Source of the DNA: a virus
Lineage: Duplodnaviria; Caudoviricetes
Virus record (IMG/VR): IMGVR_UViG_2773857811_000001
Span: 3,742 to 67,741 of that record
Reading direction: 5' to 3' (one strand)
Length of the DNA: 64,000 nt
Shown: in pieces, positions 18,213 through 28,339 of the stretch
Layout: each line of letters starts with the position of its first letter
How positions within the stretch are numbered: the stretch's first letter is position 1
Made by a program: the position numbers and the translations under genes
The notes under the pieces: model-generated
Databases searched by the model: none
Seen by the model: the letters and a program-made list of their open reading frames with translations, nothing else
What the model was told of the DNA's origin: nothing

Positions 18213-19138
18213 TGGCAAACGTAACCCCTGATTTAGTCAAAGCCCTGTTTGTCGGTTTTGGCAAAAACTTTAAAGACGGCTTGGCGAAAGCTCCAAGCCA
18301 ATATACCGAAATCGCCACCGTGGTGAAATCAACCACTGCAAGCAACACTTATGCCTGGCTCGGTCAAATGCCTGGGCTAACCGAATGGATTGGTGATCGT
18401 ACTCTCACCGCTATTCAAAGCCACGGCTATTCTATCGTCAATAAAAAATGGGCAAGCGGTGTAGAAATCCAACGCACCGACATTGAAGACGACAACGTTG
18501 GCGTGTATAGCCCGCTCATCGAAGAGCTTGGGCGTGCAGCAGGTGAAAAACCTGATGAGTTGGTCTTTGGTGCTTTAACCGCCGGCTTTAAAACCGCTTG
18601 CTACGACGGGCAATACTTCTTCGATACCGACCACCCTGTGGGGGCAAACGTGGACGGCACTAGCCCGAAATCGGTGAGCAACATTACCGATGACAGTACA
18701 GGCGTAACAGAAGCTAATGCGTGGTATCTCTTAGACTGTTCTCGCAGTTTAAAACCGATTCTCTACCAAGAACGCAAAGCCCCAACACCGGCACAGATTA
18801 CCGATTCCACTGACGAAAAAGTCTTTATGAAAGACGTGTTCACTTACGGCGTGGATTCTCGCTCAAACGTAGGCTACGGTATGTGGCAAATGGCGCACGC
18901 CGTGAAAGGCAAGCTGACTGCGGAAAATCTTTGGAAAGCGATTGAAGCGATGCGTGCGGTGCGTGGTGATGGCGATAAACGCTTGGCAATTCGTCCAACG
19001 CACATTGTTGTTCCACCTTCTCTTGAGCAAGCAGCAACCAAGTTGCTTGAACGCGAATTGCGTGCCGAAGATGGCGCAGCAGTCGATAACGAGTTCAAAC
19101 GCATGAACTTGAAATTGATTGTAGGCGACTACCTCTAA
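18212..19138 (+). CDS. Major capsid protein (Mu gpT)
   Basis: Y.WLGQMP...EW.G.R, CYDGQYFFDTDHPV and GYGMWQMA motifs. Confidence 0.96.
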   Translation: MANVTPDLVKALFVGFGKNFKDGLAKAPSQYTEIATVVKSTTASNTYAWLGQMPGLTEWIGDRTLTAIQSHGYSIVNKKWASGVEIQRTDIEDDNVGVYSPLIEELGRAAGEKPDELVFGALTAGFKTACYDGQYFFDTDHPVGANVDGTSPKSVSNITDDSTGVTEANAWYLLDCSRSLKPILYQERKAPTPAQITDSTDEKVFMKDVFTYGVDSRSNVGYGMWQMAHAVKGKLTAENLWKAIEAMRAVRGDGDKRLAIRPTHIVVPPSLEQAATKLLERELRAEDGAAVDNEFKRMNLKLIVGDYL

Positions 19139-19148
19139 ACTCACCGGT

Positions 19149-19192
19149 AAGCGGTCGATTTTAGCAAAACTTTTGCAAAACCGACCGCACTT
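19149..19192. repeat. USS-based hairpin after the capsid gene
   Basis: GCGGTCG...CGACCGCACTT with an inner TTTT.GCAAAA/TTTTGCAAAA stem. Confidence 0.6.
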
Positions 19193-19222
19193 TAAACCTA
19201 ATTTAAAGAGGATTTAAATGCT

Positions 19223-19594
19223 ATGGATAAGACATCTTGCGTGGTGGTTCAAAACCGCCTTAAAGACGGCTATCGCCGAGCTGGGCTTAGTTTGCACAAA
19301 GGTGACAATGTTTTTGAAAACCTTAGTGCGACGCAAATCGCGGCCCTTAAAGGCGATGCGCGTTTGGTGGTTAAAGAAATTACTGCGAACGACGCTGAAA
19401 AATCTGGCGAAGGGTTATCGGAAGACAATGCGAATCGTGACGAAGAAAAATCAATTCGTGAAGATCCATTACCAACCGATTTAAATACCTTAACCGTTGA
19501 ACAGCTTAAAAATGCATTACGCGAGCGTGGCAGAACTTTTGACGGTAACGCCAAGAAAGCGGATTTAATCGCATTATTGAATGGTGCTGAATAA
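19223..19594 (+). CDS. Mu gp35-like protein with C-terminal SAP/HeH-like motif
   Basis: GYRRAG and LTVEQLK..L.......AKKADLIALL. Confidence 0.8.
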   Translation: MDKTSCVVVQNRLKDGYRRAGLSLHKGDNVFENLSATQIAALKGDARLVVKEITANDAEKSGEGLSEDNANRDEEKSIREDPLPTDLNTLTVEQLKNALRERGRTFDGNAKKADLIALLNGAE

Positions 19595-20013
19595 TGTCTT
19601 ACGCCACATTGGATGATCTGCGTAAACGTTACGGCGAAGCTGATTTATTGGATTTGGCCCAACAATCTGACGGCTCTTGGGATACTGTGAAAATCTACGA
19701 AGCGTTAGATGATGCGGCGCAAACCATTGATAGTTATTTAGCTGGGCGTTATACCCTGCCACTTACCAGTGTGCCCGCTGTATTGTCTCGGCATTGTTGT
19801 TATTTAGCTCGCTATTATCTCGAAAAAAACCGAGCCACAGAACAAGCTCGTCAAGATTATGAAGATAGCTTGCGTTTTTTAGAAAAAGTAGCAAGCGGAG
19901 CAATATCTCTTGGTTTGTCGGATAGCGGAGAAACAGTAGAAAGCGACAATACGGTGGTAATGGAATCCGGTGGCAGTGTATGGGCGCGTGAACGTGCGAA
20001 AGGGTTTATTTGA
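19594..20013 (+). CDS. Head-tail connector (gp36, DUF1320)
   Basis: MSYAT and IDSYLAGRY.LPL motifs. Confidence 0.9.
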   Translation: MSYATLDDLRKRYGEADLLDLAQQSDGSWDTVKIYEALDDAAQTIDSYLAGRYTLPLTSVPAVLSRHCCYLARYYLEKNRATEQARQDYEDSLRFLEKVASGAISLGLSDSGETVESDNTVVMESGGSVWARERAKGFI

Positions 20014-20537
20014 TGAGTAGCATTATTGCGGCCACCTCCAATGCGCTGATTGCGCAAATTAAGCGGCTATGTGGCAACCACCTGAAAGAGGTGGAAGAAC
20101 ACCCCGGACAATGGGATGACAGCAGTGTGCGCCGTTTGGTGCGTAATCCGCCCGCAGTGTATGTGGCGTGGTTGGGACAAGTGCCGAATGAACGCCGAAA
20201 TTGCGTAACAGCGCGTTGGGGCGTGTTTGTGGTTGCGAAGGTGCTTAACGGACAACGGCGTGATGCGGTAGGTATTTATCAGATCGTGGAACGATTAACC
20301 GCAGGACTGGACGGTGCACATATTGCCCCTAGCGATATGTTTGAACTACAAAGCGTGCAGAATTTGTGGAGTGATACCCAAAGTGGCATGGGCGTGGCGG
20401 TGTATGGGATGTATTTTAATGCGGTGCAACCGCTACCTTGTGCTATTGATGAAAGCAGTTTAGATGACTTTGTGGAGTATCACCATCAATTTAACCAATC
20501 ACGTGATGACAATGTGATTGACGATAAGACCAATTAA
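20010..20537 (+). CDS. Tail terminator (gp37, DUF1834-like)
   Basis: HPGQW, PAVYVAWLG, V.NLWS, SLDDF; synteny. Confidence 0.8.
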   Translation: MMSSIIAATSNALIAQIKRLCGNHLKEVEEHPGQWDDSSVRRLVRNPPAVYVAWLGQVPNERRNCVTARWGVFVVAKVLNGQRRDAVGIYQIVERLTAGLDGAHIAPSDMFELQSVQNLWSDTQSGMGVAVYGMYFNAVQPLPCAIDESSLDDFVEYHHQFNQSRDDNVIDDKTN

Positions 20538-20564
20538 CCGTGATTTTACCAAAACAGGGAGACA

Positions 20565-20750
20565 ATGATGAAAATTAAACCGAAAGCCGGCTTAATTATT
20601 CGTGACCCGGAGAGCTTTGAACAGCTTTCCGCAGAAGGGGAAGACAAACCGGAAACAGCATACTGGCTGAACCATTTAAAAGCCGGGGATGTGGAGCTTG
20701 TTAGTGACAAATCAGCAAGCAAGGCGAAAACAACCAAAGAGGACGCATAA
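20565..20750 (+). CDS. gp38 (DUF2635-like)
   Basis: IKP..G..IRDP.....L..EGE.KP...YW...L..GDV. Confidence 0.85.
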   Translation: MMKIKPKAGLIIRDPESFEQLSAEGEDKPETAYWLNHLKAGDVELVSDKSASKAKTTKEDA

Positions 20751-22213
20751 TGGCGATTTCATTTAATGGCATTCCGAACGCAATTCGAGTGCCTTTAGCC
20801 TATATCGAATTTGACAATAGCCGTGCCGTATCCGGTACGCCAGCAATGTTGCATAAAGTATTAATGCTCGGTCAAAAATTGGCGACAGGTTCGGCGATTG
20901 CCGGCCAAGCAGTACGTGTGCAAAATGAAGCTCAAGCAAAGGCTTTGTTTGGTCGAGGTTCTCAACTCGCCAATATGGTGCGTGTATTTAAAAAACACAA
21001 TTCAATGTTGGATTTATGGGTTTTACCACTCGATGAAAAATCTAATGGTTCAAAAGCAACCGGTAAGGTTCAAGTGTTAGGTACTGCGAGTGGTACCGGT
21101 GTTTTAAATGTAATGATTGCCGGTCGACGTTATCAACAATCTGTCGCTATTGGTGATACTGCCGCCACACTCGCTGAAAAATTAAATAAATTGATTGCCG
21201 CTGATGGCGATACCGTGGTGGAAAGTGCGGTGGAAAATGATGCCATATCTTTAACTGCACGCTTTAAAGGTGAGTGCGGCAATGAGATTGATATTCGTGC
21301 CAATTACTACAGCGGCGAAAGTTACCCGGACGGCATTAGCCTTAAAATCACGCCGATGAGCGGTGGGTCGGTAAACCCAAGTATGACTGATGCCATTACC
21401 GGCTTTGGAGCGGAATGGTGGAATTATGTAGTGAATCCATTTACCGATACCGAAAGCCTTAATGCGTTACGCACAGAATTAGTCAACCGCTGGGGGCCGA
21501 TGCAACAAATCGACGGCTTATGCTTTATGGCAAAAGGCGGCAGCCACGCGCAAGCCACGACCTTTGCGGAGCAACGCAACGATTATTTATTTACAGTGAT
21601 GGCAACCAATAAATCTCCAGAACCTGCTTACGAATGGGCAGCGGCCTATTGTGCAGTGGCAGCGGGTTCGCTTGCGATTGATCCGGCACGTCCTGTGCAA
21701 ACGCTGGTCATGGATATGCTGCCGCCTGCCATGTCAGACCGTTGGGATTTGCCGGCACGCAATACCTTGCTTTATAGCGGCGTGAGTACTTATACCGTGA
21801 ATGCCAACAGCCAGCCACAATTGGAGACGGCGATCACAATGTATCGTAAAAATAGCTTTGGCGATATGGACGAAAGTTATCTTTATATTGAAACCATTGC
21901 AACCTTGAGTTATTTGCGCTACGCCATCCGCACCCGCATTACGCAGAAATATCCGCGCCATAAACTGGCGGATGACGGCATTCGTGTGGCACCGGGGCAA
22001 GCGATTGTGACACCAAAAGTGATCCGTGCCGAGCTGCTCGCGTTGTTTACCGAGCTGGAATACAAAGGCTTGGTGGAAAACTTTGATAACTTTAGCAAAA
22101 CCTTGCTGGTTGAACGTGATGCCGACAATAAATGCCGTTTAAACGTGCTTTCCGGCGAAGATTTAGTAAATCAATTCCGTGTATATGCGCACGCGATTCA
22201 ATATCGTTTATAG
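20750..22213 (+). CDS. Tail sheath protein (gpL)
   Basis: ISF..IP..IRVP..YIEFD, DPARP.QTL and YPRHKLADDG motifs. Confidence 0.95.
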   Translation: MAISFNGIPNAIRVPLAYIEFDNSRAVSGTPAMLHKVLMLGQKLATGSAIAGQAVRVQNEAQAKALFGRGSQLANMVRVFKKHNSMLDLWVLPLDEKSNGSKATGKVQVLGTASGTGVLNVMIAGRRYQQSVAIGDTAATLAEKLNKLIAADGDTVVESAVENDAISLTARFKGECGNEIDIRANYYSGESYPDGISLKITPMSGGSVNPSMTDAITGFGAEWWNYVVNPFTDTESLNALRTELVNRWGPMQQIDGLCFMAKGGSHAQATTFAEQRNDYLFTVMATNKSPEPAYEWAAAYCAVAAGSLAIDPARPVQTLVMDMLPPAMSDRWDLPARNTLLYSGVSTYTVNANSQPQLETAITMYRKNSFGDMDESYLYIETIATLSYLRYAIRTRITQKYPRHKLADDGIRVAPGQAIVTPKVIRAELLALFTELEYKGLVENFDNFSKTLLVERDADNKCRLNVLSGEDLVNQFRVYAHAIQYRL

Positions 22214-22225
22214 GGGAAATGAACA

Positions 22226-22579
22226 ATGGGCAAACAATACCAAGGTCGCGCTTTCATCCGTATTGATGGTGCAGAATATCCAACAGGTGATGATGCATCG
22301 CTAGATGTTGGCGGGTTTACTCGTGAAACGGTAAAAGGGTCGCGGGTATACGGTTATCAAGAGACCGCTACTGAAGCCACCGTAGAATGTAAAGTGTTTA
22401 ACTGTGCTGATATTGATATTTTCACTTTGAAAAATATGACTGATGGCACAGTAGAATTCGAGACCGATGTCGGACAAACCTATTTGTTGGCGGGGGCTTG
22501 GACTGTCGATGCAGTAACACTTTCGGCCAAAGGTGAGATTTCGCTGAAAATTGCCGCAGTAGAATGCAAGCGTGCATAA
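22226..22579 (+). CDS. Tail tube protein (gpM)
   Basis: 117 aa directly after sheath; GG..RE.V.G and FETD.GQTY...AW. Confidence 0.88.
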   Translation: MGKQYQGRAFIRIDGAEYPTGDDASLDVGGFTRETVKGSRVYGYQETATEATVECKVFNCADIDIFTLKNMTDGTVEFETDVGQTYLLAGAWTVDAVTLSAKGEISLKIAAVECKRA

Positions 22580-22589
22580 GGAGGCGTAA

Positions 22590-22949
22590 ATGGAATTTCG
22601 TTTAAAAGATGGCTTAATGTTTGGTGATGAACCGCAGCTTGATGTGGAAACTCGTGAGCTGACTACTCAAGATTTAATTGAGGCGGAATGTGCGGCAGAA
22701 CGTTTGTTGATGGATGCACAAGGTCAGCCGGTTCTGGTTGTTAGCCAAGTGTTATTTAACTATGAGCTGATTCGTCGCCAAATTAAACGCATTGGCAAAA
22801 TTAACGGTCCGATTTCCTTAAAACAGCTTGGTTCGCTTTCCACGGCGGATATGGAAATCATTAATGCGATGCTTTCCGCCCAAGAAATTGCAAAAGCGAC
22901 CGCACAAGGACTCGACCAACGGGGGCGCTTGGAAGCAACAGACGCGTAA
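22590..22949 (+). CDS. Tail assembly chaperone (gp41)
   Basis: Between tube and tape measure; ends with the CGGGGGCG slippery site. Confidence 0.85.
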   Translation: MEFRLKDGLMFGDEPQLDVETRELTTQDLIEAECAAERLLMDAQGQPVLVVSQVLFNYELIRRQIKRIGKINGPISLKQLGSLSTADMEIINAMLSAQEIAKATAQGLDQRGRLEATDA

Positions 22950-23067
22950 TTTTGAGAAAGCCTGTCTGTTGCTGGCAAAACATTATCAATGCACCCCTTT
23001 GTGGGTGCTTTCTCAACCCATTCTTTCCTTGCCGCGTTTAATTAGTTACATCAATACATCCACTTAG
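22920..23067 (+). CDS. -2 frameshift extension of the tail chaperone
   Basis: CGGGGGCGC at 22920-22928; the -2 (+1) frame stays open to TAG at 23067, just before the tape measure. Confidence 0.7.
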
Positions 23068-23075
23068 AGGGCTTT

Positions 23076-25157
23076 ATGTCAGCTTCCGGCAATTCCACAT
23101 CATTTTATATTAATTTAGCAGGCAACCTGTCACAGCAAGCGTCTCGCTTTGGACGTGATATTGCCCAATTTTCCAATCAATCCGGCTCAAAGCTATCTGC
23201 ATTATCAATACGAATCAAAGCAACAAATGCACATTTTAAAACATTAGGTGCGGGCATTGGTGCTATATCAAATAAAATCAACGGCATGGGCAATATGACC
23301 ATCCCGATTTTAGGTGTAGGTGCAGCCGCTGGTGCGGCGACAGTAGGTAAATCAATGTTACGCACTGCCGCAGATTTTGAAATGGCAGACATTCGGATGA
23401 AACAAACCTTTGGCGACCAAGGGGACGCAGCTAATAAATGGTTGCAAAAATTCGCCACGGATACGCCGATGGCCTTTGCCGATACGCAACAAGCGATGAT
23501 GCGCCTGAAAACGGCTGGTATTGATCCGATGAATGGCTCGTTGCAAGCCCTTGTGGACTATAACGCGAAAGTAGGTGGCGATGCGGAAAACTTAAACGGT
23601 TATATTTCAGCCATCAGTAAGGGCTTTATTAAAGGCAAGCTCTCAATGGAAGAAATCAATCCGTTGTTAGAGCGTAATGTGAAAGTCTTTGAGTTGCTGG
23701 CGCAAGAAACTGGGGGCAAATACACCGCCGACCAAATGCAGAAAATGCTGCAAGAAGGCAAGCTCGGACGTAAAGCCATTGCTGCGCTTTTACGCGCCAT
23801 GGGGCGTGATGCCAAAGGTGCGGCAAAAGAACAGATGAAAACCTGGGACGGCTTAGTCTCTAACCTTGAAGATACTTGGACGTCAATGCAGGCGCGTTTT
23901 ATGGATCATGGTGCCTTTGACTCATTAAAAAAAGAAATGGGGGTTTTCTTAGATTGGCTGAACGAAAAAATTGATGACGGTACGTTAGACGAATTTGCCA
24001 AAACCGTTAGTGATGTCTTAGTGCAGGCCCTACAGGATTTAAAATCTACCGCAACAGAAATTAAGCCAGTGTTAGACAATATCGGATCGGTAATGGGGTG
24101 GATTACTGAGAAAGCTGGGGGATATGGCAATATCGCCAAATTTGCAGCAGCCCTTTACGGGGCCAATAAGCTTGCGAGAATAGGCCTATCAGTAGGACAG
24201 AGCGGATATAGTATGGGACAAGGTGTTGCGGGCGCTGGGCGGGCAACATGGGGTGTTGGGAGAGCCTTATTAGGTCGTCGAGGACAAGGTGGGGGCGTGG
24301 CATCTGGTGTTGCTGGAGCACTCGGGGCTGCAAGTGGCGTGCAATCTGTATTTGTAGTAAACATGCCTGCCTCTTTCGGGGGGATGGATATGGGAGGTAA
24401 ACGCGGTAAGAAAATCCGGGGAAGTAAAAAAATGCGTGGGTCCAAGATGTCTTCCTTGAAAGCCGTACCGCCATCCGTTATGCCGAAAGCCTCAGCTAGT
24501 GTTGGGACTAGCCTGGCATCGGGAGTTAAACAAGCGACTAATACTTTAAAAAATACGGCTACGACCGTTGCTAAAAGTACTGCTAATGTTGCGAAATCGG
24601 CTACAGCCGCGGTGACCAAAACTGCAGCCAAAGCTGTGCCGCTACTCAGTGCGGGGTTAGCTGTAGCCGAAGGCGCAGCAGTATTGATGGATGAGGACGC
24701 CACAACTCGTGAAAAAAGTGAGTCCATCGGCTCAATTGCCGGGGCTACTGCAGGGGCATTTATTGGTCAAGCCTTGATACCTATTCCGGTTGTTGGAGCG
24801 GCGATAGGAGGATTTCTTGGCGAAACGATTGGGAGTTGGCTTGGTGATAAGGTCGGCGAACAAATTGAAGATAAGCCCGCTCAGGCTGAGCCATCTGCAC
24901 AACAGATCGCTACCTCAGTACAAAATGTTGGGTTATCTGTAGGGAATTTTGTGGGTAGTGAAATTGGGGAAAAATTGGCCGGAATCAATCCGGTTGATAC
25001 TAAACTTAGTGGGCAAATTGAAGTGAAAGTAAAACCTACTGACGGTTTAATCGCATCTGTATCTCAGGCCAATATTAAAACTAATCAACAGCAAGATAAT
25101 CTCGGATTAAAAGTATCTATGGGATATAGCGGCCAATCGTTATATGGCGGAGCGTAA
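23076..25157 (+). CDS. Tape measure protein
   Basis: Tape-measure domain (FATDTP, KGKLS.EE.N.L.E) and Ala/Gly-rich composition. Confidence 0.92.
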   Translation: MSASGNSTSFYINLAGNLSQQASRFGRDIAQFSNQSGSKLSALSIRIKATNAHFKTLGAGIGAISNKINGMGNMTIPILGVGAAAGAATVGKSMLRTAADFEMADIRMKQTFGDQGDAANKWLQKFATDTPMAFADTQQAMMRLKTAGIDPMNGSLQALVDYNAKVGGDAENLNGYISAISKGFIKGKLSMEEINPLLERNVKVFELLAQETGGKYTADQMQKMLQEGKLGRKAIAALLRAMGRDAKGAAKEQMKTWDGLVSNLEDTWTSMQARFMDHGAFDSLKKEMGVFLDWLNEKIDDGTLDEFAKTVSDVLVQALQDLKSTATEIKPVLDNIGSVMGWITEKAGGYGNIAKFAAALYGANKLARIGLSVGQSGYSMGQGVAGAGRATWGVGRALLGRRGQGGGVASGVAGALGAASGVQSVFVVNMPASFGGMDMGGKRGKKIRGSKKMRGSKMSSLKAVPPSVMPKASASVGTSLASGVKQATNTLKNTATTVAKSTANVAKSATAAVTKTAAKAVPLLSAGLAVAEGAAVLMDEDATTREKSESIGSIAGATAGAFIGQALIPIPVVGAAIGGFLGETIGSWLGDKVGEQIEDKPAQAEPSAQQIATSVQNVGLSVGNFVGSEIGEKLAGINPVDTKLSGQIEVKVKPTDGLIASVSQANIKTNQQQDNLGLKVSMGYSGQSLYGGA

Positions 25158-25159
25158 AT

Positions 25160-26602
25160 ATGAGCAAAATGCGTCAAAAGACAGGCAAAGGTTCATTTCG
25201 TGGTGTACCTTTCCTTATTGCAGATGAGCAAAGTATGGATGGTGGCCGTCGCCTAGTTCGACATGAATACCCTTTACGTGATGATGGGATGACGGAAGAT
25301 TTAGGCTTGCGCCTGCGCAATTATCACATCAGCTGCTTGGTGATTGGTGATGACCACGTAAAACAGGTGGAAAAACTGATTGAGGCGCTAGAGAAACCTG
25401 GTGCGGGGACATTGCGACATCCTTATATCGGCACAAAAGAGGTGTATGTAGATGATTACAAGGCGGTATTTTCAACGAATCATTTACGAGTGACTCGCTT
25501 TGATATTAGTTTTACTCCTGAAATCAATGAAATCGCGCCATTAGTACAAAAAGATACGCTACTGGGCGTGTTGAATCAATATGCAGATGCTTTAAATGCC
25601 TTAGCGGATGAATTTGCCGATATGATTGATAGCGCTTTGGATTTCATTGATGAACTCACTGCACCGATTTTTAATTTAGTGGATTCCTTTATTGGCTTAA
25701 TTGAAACTGTGTTTGACGGGATTGGTGCAGTGTTAGCCGAGGGAAGCGAATTTAAAAACCGCGTAATGGGCTTTAAAAATCGTTTAAGTACACTGATTCG
25801 CACGCCGCACTTATTTGCGAAAGAATTACAGGCGTTGGTTCAATTTGGGGCGCAAGGCGTGGCAGCCGGTACATCGAACAGTTCAAGCGGTTATTACGGC
25901 GGATTACAGGTAACAATGGTAACGCCAGCTTCTCATTCGCTAAAAAGTGCGGTGGCAACGCAACGTGTTTTTGTGCAAATGACGGCACTGAATGAAGCGA
26001 TGAACCAAGCCAAAACCAAATTGCAACAACGTCAGCCAGAAATGCCAAAATCCGTGTTGGAAAGTCTGCGTGACGGTAAGACAAATCAACAATCTATTCA
26101 TAAGACCTTGTCGCGTAATGTGATGGCGCAATATGGTGTGATTAATGTGCTGAACGTACTGCAAGCTAAATCGCAGTTTGTGTTCTTGCGTTTAATGCAA
26201 ACCACGCTTGCGGTGGAATATGGCAAAGCCATTGCGCAAGCCATTACCACACGTACAACGGGTGCTCCTTCAGCGATTGAAAGCCGTGCCGATGTGCAGC
26301 GTTATTTGCACGATATTGATGAGCAACTTGAGCAGGTGATTTTTGATTGTGCCGATCACGAGCAATGGCAAAGCTATGAAGCGTTAGAGCAATTCCGATT
26401 AGCATTATTGTTGGATTTACGCACACGCGGTGAGCAGTTGGCTGAAAGCAAAATGATTTCCTTAACAGATACGCAACCTGCATTGGTGGTGACTTTTAAC
26501 GCAACAGGCAAAGTCAAAGACTGGGAACGCGTAGTGCGACGCAATCAGATTCGCCATCCGTTGTTTTGTTTAGGCGGTTCGCAAGTGGAGGTATTGGCAT
26601 GA
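25160..26602 (+). CDS. DNA circularization protein (gpN)
   Basis: SFRGVPF, GRRLVRHEYP.RD, G.LRHP and RNQIRHPLF motifs. Confidence 0.93.
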   Translation: MSKMRQKTGKGSFRGVPFLIADEQSMDGGRRLVRHEYPLRDDGMTEDLGLRLRNYHISCLVIGDDHVKQVEKLIEALEKPGAGTLRHPYIGTKEVYVDDYKAVFSTNHLRVTRFDISFTPEINEIAPLVQKDTLLGVLNQYADALNALADEFADMIDSALDFIDELTAPIFNLVDSFIGLIETVFDGIGAVLAEGSEFKNRVMGFKNRLSTLIRTPHLFAKELQALVQFGAQGVAAGTSNSSSGYYGGLQVTMVTPASHSLKSAVATQRVFVQMTALNEAMNQAKTKLQQRQPEMPKSVLESLRDGKTNQQSIHKTLSRNVMAQYGVINVLNVLQAKSQFVFLRLMQTTLAVEYGKAIAQAITTRTTGAPSAIESRADVQRYLHDIDEQLEQVIFDCADHEQWQSYEALEQFRLALLLDLRTRGEQLAESKMISLTDTQPALVVTFNATGKVKDWERVVRRNQIRHPLFCLGGSQVEVLA

Positions 26603-27357
26603 GTGAGGTTATCGAACAACCTGAGATTAAGCTTTACTTAAATGGGTTGATTTTTACTGGTTGGAAATCGCTTTCCATTACCCGTTCATTGGAAGCAATG
26701 AGCGGACGATTTGAACTAGGAATTGCAGTGCGTGCGGAAGATGACGTTTCTGTGTTGAAAGTCGGTGCTGCATTGATGTTGGAGATAAACGGCGAGAGGG
26801 CGATTACTGGCTACTTAGATGAACTCAATCAAAGTATCAGTGGTGAGGACAAATCAGTGCGTATTAGCGGACGAGATAAAACCGCCGATTTGGTGGATTG
26901 TTCGGTGATTCACAACAGCTACCACTTCAAAAATCAAAATCTGCAAGAAATTGCCCGCACTTTATGCATGCCGTTTGGCATTGATGTGGTGTGGGCAGTA
27001 CAAAGCCAAGATGCAGCGGAAAAAATCCCAGTGTGGCAAGTGGAGCCGGGCGAAACGGTGTTTGATACCTTAACCAAAGCTGCTCGACACAAAGGCGTGT
27101 TGGTCACGTCTGACGTGAATGGCAATTTGGTGTTTACCGAACCAAGCACGGAGCCGGTGGGCGAATTGATTTTAGGGAAAAATCTTTTAGAACTGGAATT
27201 GACCGACAGTTGGGCAAATCGCTTTAGCCAGTATCGTGTAATTGGCGATGCCGAGCAAGGCGGCGAAAAAGGGAGCAACTCCAAAGGCAAGAAAGAAAAA
27301 GGCGGTGCGGCGGAAGATCCGGATATTTATTCTGGATCTAAAGGAGAAAAACAATGA
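26599..27357 (+). CDS. Baseplate hub (gp44/gpP), N-terminal part
   Basis: GRDKTADLVDCS, VEPGETVF and RFSQY.V.G motifs. Confidence 0.85.
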   Translation: MSEVIEQPEIKLYLNGLIFTGWKSLSITRSLEAMSGRFELGIAVRAEDDVSVLKVGAALMLEINGERAITGYLDELNQSISGEDKSVRISGRDKTADLVDCSVIHNSYHFKNQNLQEIARTLCMPFGIDVVWAVQSQDAAEKIPVWQVEPGETVFDTLTKAARHKGVLVTSDVNGNLVFTEPSTEPVGELILGKNLLELELTDSWANRFSQYRVIGDAEQGGEKGSNSKGKKEKGGAAEDPDIYSGSKGEKQ

Positions 27358-27806
27358 GTGCAAGCGGTTTAAAAGTCGAAGTCACCGATTCTGATATTAC
27401 GCGCTATCGCCCGATGGTGATTATCGCTGATGATAATATGACAGGGGCGAGCGGTTATCAACGGGCAATATGGGAACTTAAACGCAATAAGGCAGAAGCG
27501 CAAAAAGCCACGGTGACGGTGCAAGGCTGGCAAAAGCCGGATGGTTCCTTATGGTTGCCCAATGAAATTGTGATGCTTACCGCCCCGGAACTGGGTTTTG
27601 AACGCCAAGCACGCTTAATTGTGGAAGTGAATTTTACCCTTGATGGCAACGGCACGCGCACGCTGCTTACCTTAATGCATCGTGATGCCTTTGATGAGCC
27701 GGCAGAATCATTAGATGAAGCGCAGAAAGGCAAAAGCAAAGCGAAGAAAAAGGCGAAAAAATCCGGCAAAGATAATGCTAAAGAATTTACCGATTTCCAG
27801 GAATAG
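27354..27806 (+). CDS. Baseplate hub (gp44/gpP), C-terminal part
   Basis: D.DITRYRP and VQGW..PDG.LW.PN motifs; AAGGAG SD and ATGA overlap. Confidence 0.82.
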   Translation: MSASGLKVEVTDSDITRYRPMVIIADDNMTGASGYQRAIWELKRNKAEAQKATVTVQGWQKPDGSLWLPNEIVMLTAPELGFERQARLIVEVNFTLDGNGTRTLLTLMHRDAFDEPAESLDEAQKGKSKAKKKAKKSGKDNAKEFTDFQE

Positions 27807-27809
27807 TTT

Positions 27810-28334
27810 ATGGACGGTTTAAATAAGGTTTTAGCCCCGCTTAAACGCGGTTTAAAGTCGCTGATTTCACGTGCGGTGGTGTCGATTGTGACGGATTCTT
27901 TCAGCCGACAAAATCTACAAGTACGACTGCAAGCCGATGAAGTGGTGGATGATGTAGAGCGTTTTCAAAATTACGGGCATTCCTCCGTGCCGTTGGGCGG
28001 TGAAGCCATTGTGCTTTCCGTCGGTGGCAAGCGGTCGCATTTAGTCGCCATTGTGGTGGAAGACAAAGACGTGCGTCCGACAGGATTAAAGCCCGGCGAT
28101 TCTGTGCTGTATCACGCCGAAGGGCATCAGCTGTTATTAACGGAAAGTGGCGAAGCCATTCTGACCTGTAAAAAATTCACAGTGAATGCTGATGAGATTA
28201 ACTTTGACGCTCCACAAACGCAATTTAGCGGTGATGTAACTATTATGGGAACATCAACAGCAACAGATCACCTTTCAGATGGTAAGAGTGGTGCAAACCA
28301 CGACCACGAAAAAGGCGTGGGTAAACCGGTGTAA
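27810..28334 (+). CDS. Baseplate spike (gp45)
   Basis: ERFQNYG.SS.P and C-terminal HDH metal-binding motif. Confidence 0.92.
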   Translation: MDGLNKVLAPLKRGLKSLISRAVVSIVTDSFSRQNLQVRLQADEVVDDVERFQNYGHSSVPLGGEAIVLSVGGKRSHLVAIVVEDKDVRPTGLKPGDSVLYHAEGHQLLLTESGEAILTCKKFTVNADEINFDAPQTQFSGDVTIMGTSTATDHLSDGKSGANHDHEKGVGKPV

Positions 28335-28339
28335 AAGCA

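Noticed and set aside
19218-19484. Alternative 88-aa plus ORF overlapping gp35
   Set aside because: The frame starting at 19223 carries the recognisable motifs and couples to gp36.
24155-24727. 190-aa minus ORF and similar long antisense ORFs inside structural genes
   Set aside because: These are shadow frames of Ala/Gly-rich genes, with no SD or promoter evidence.
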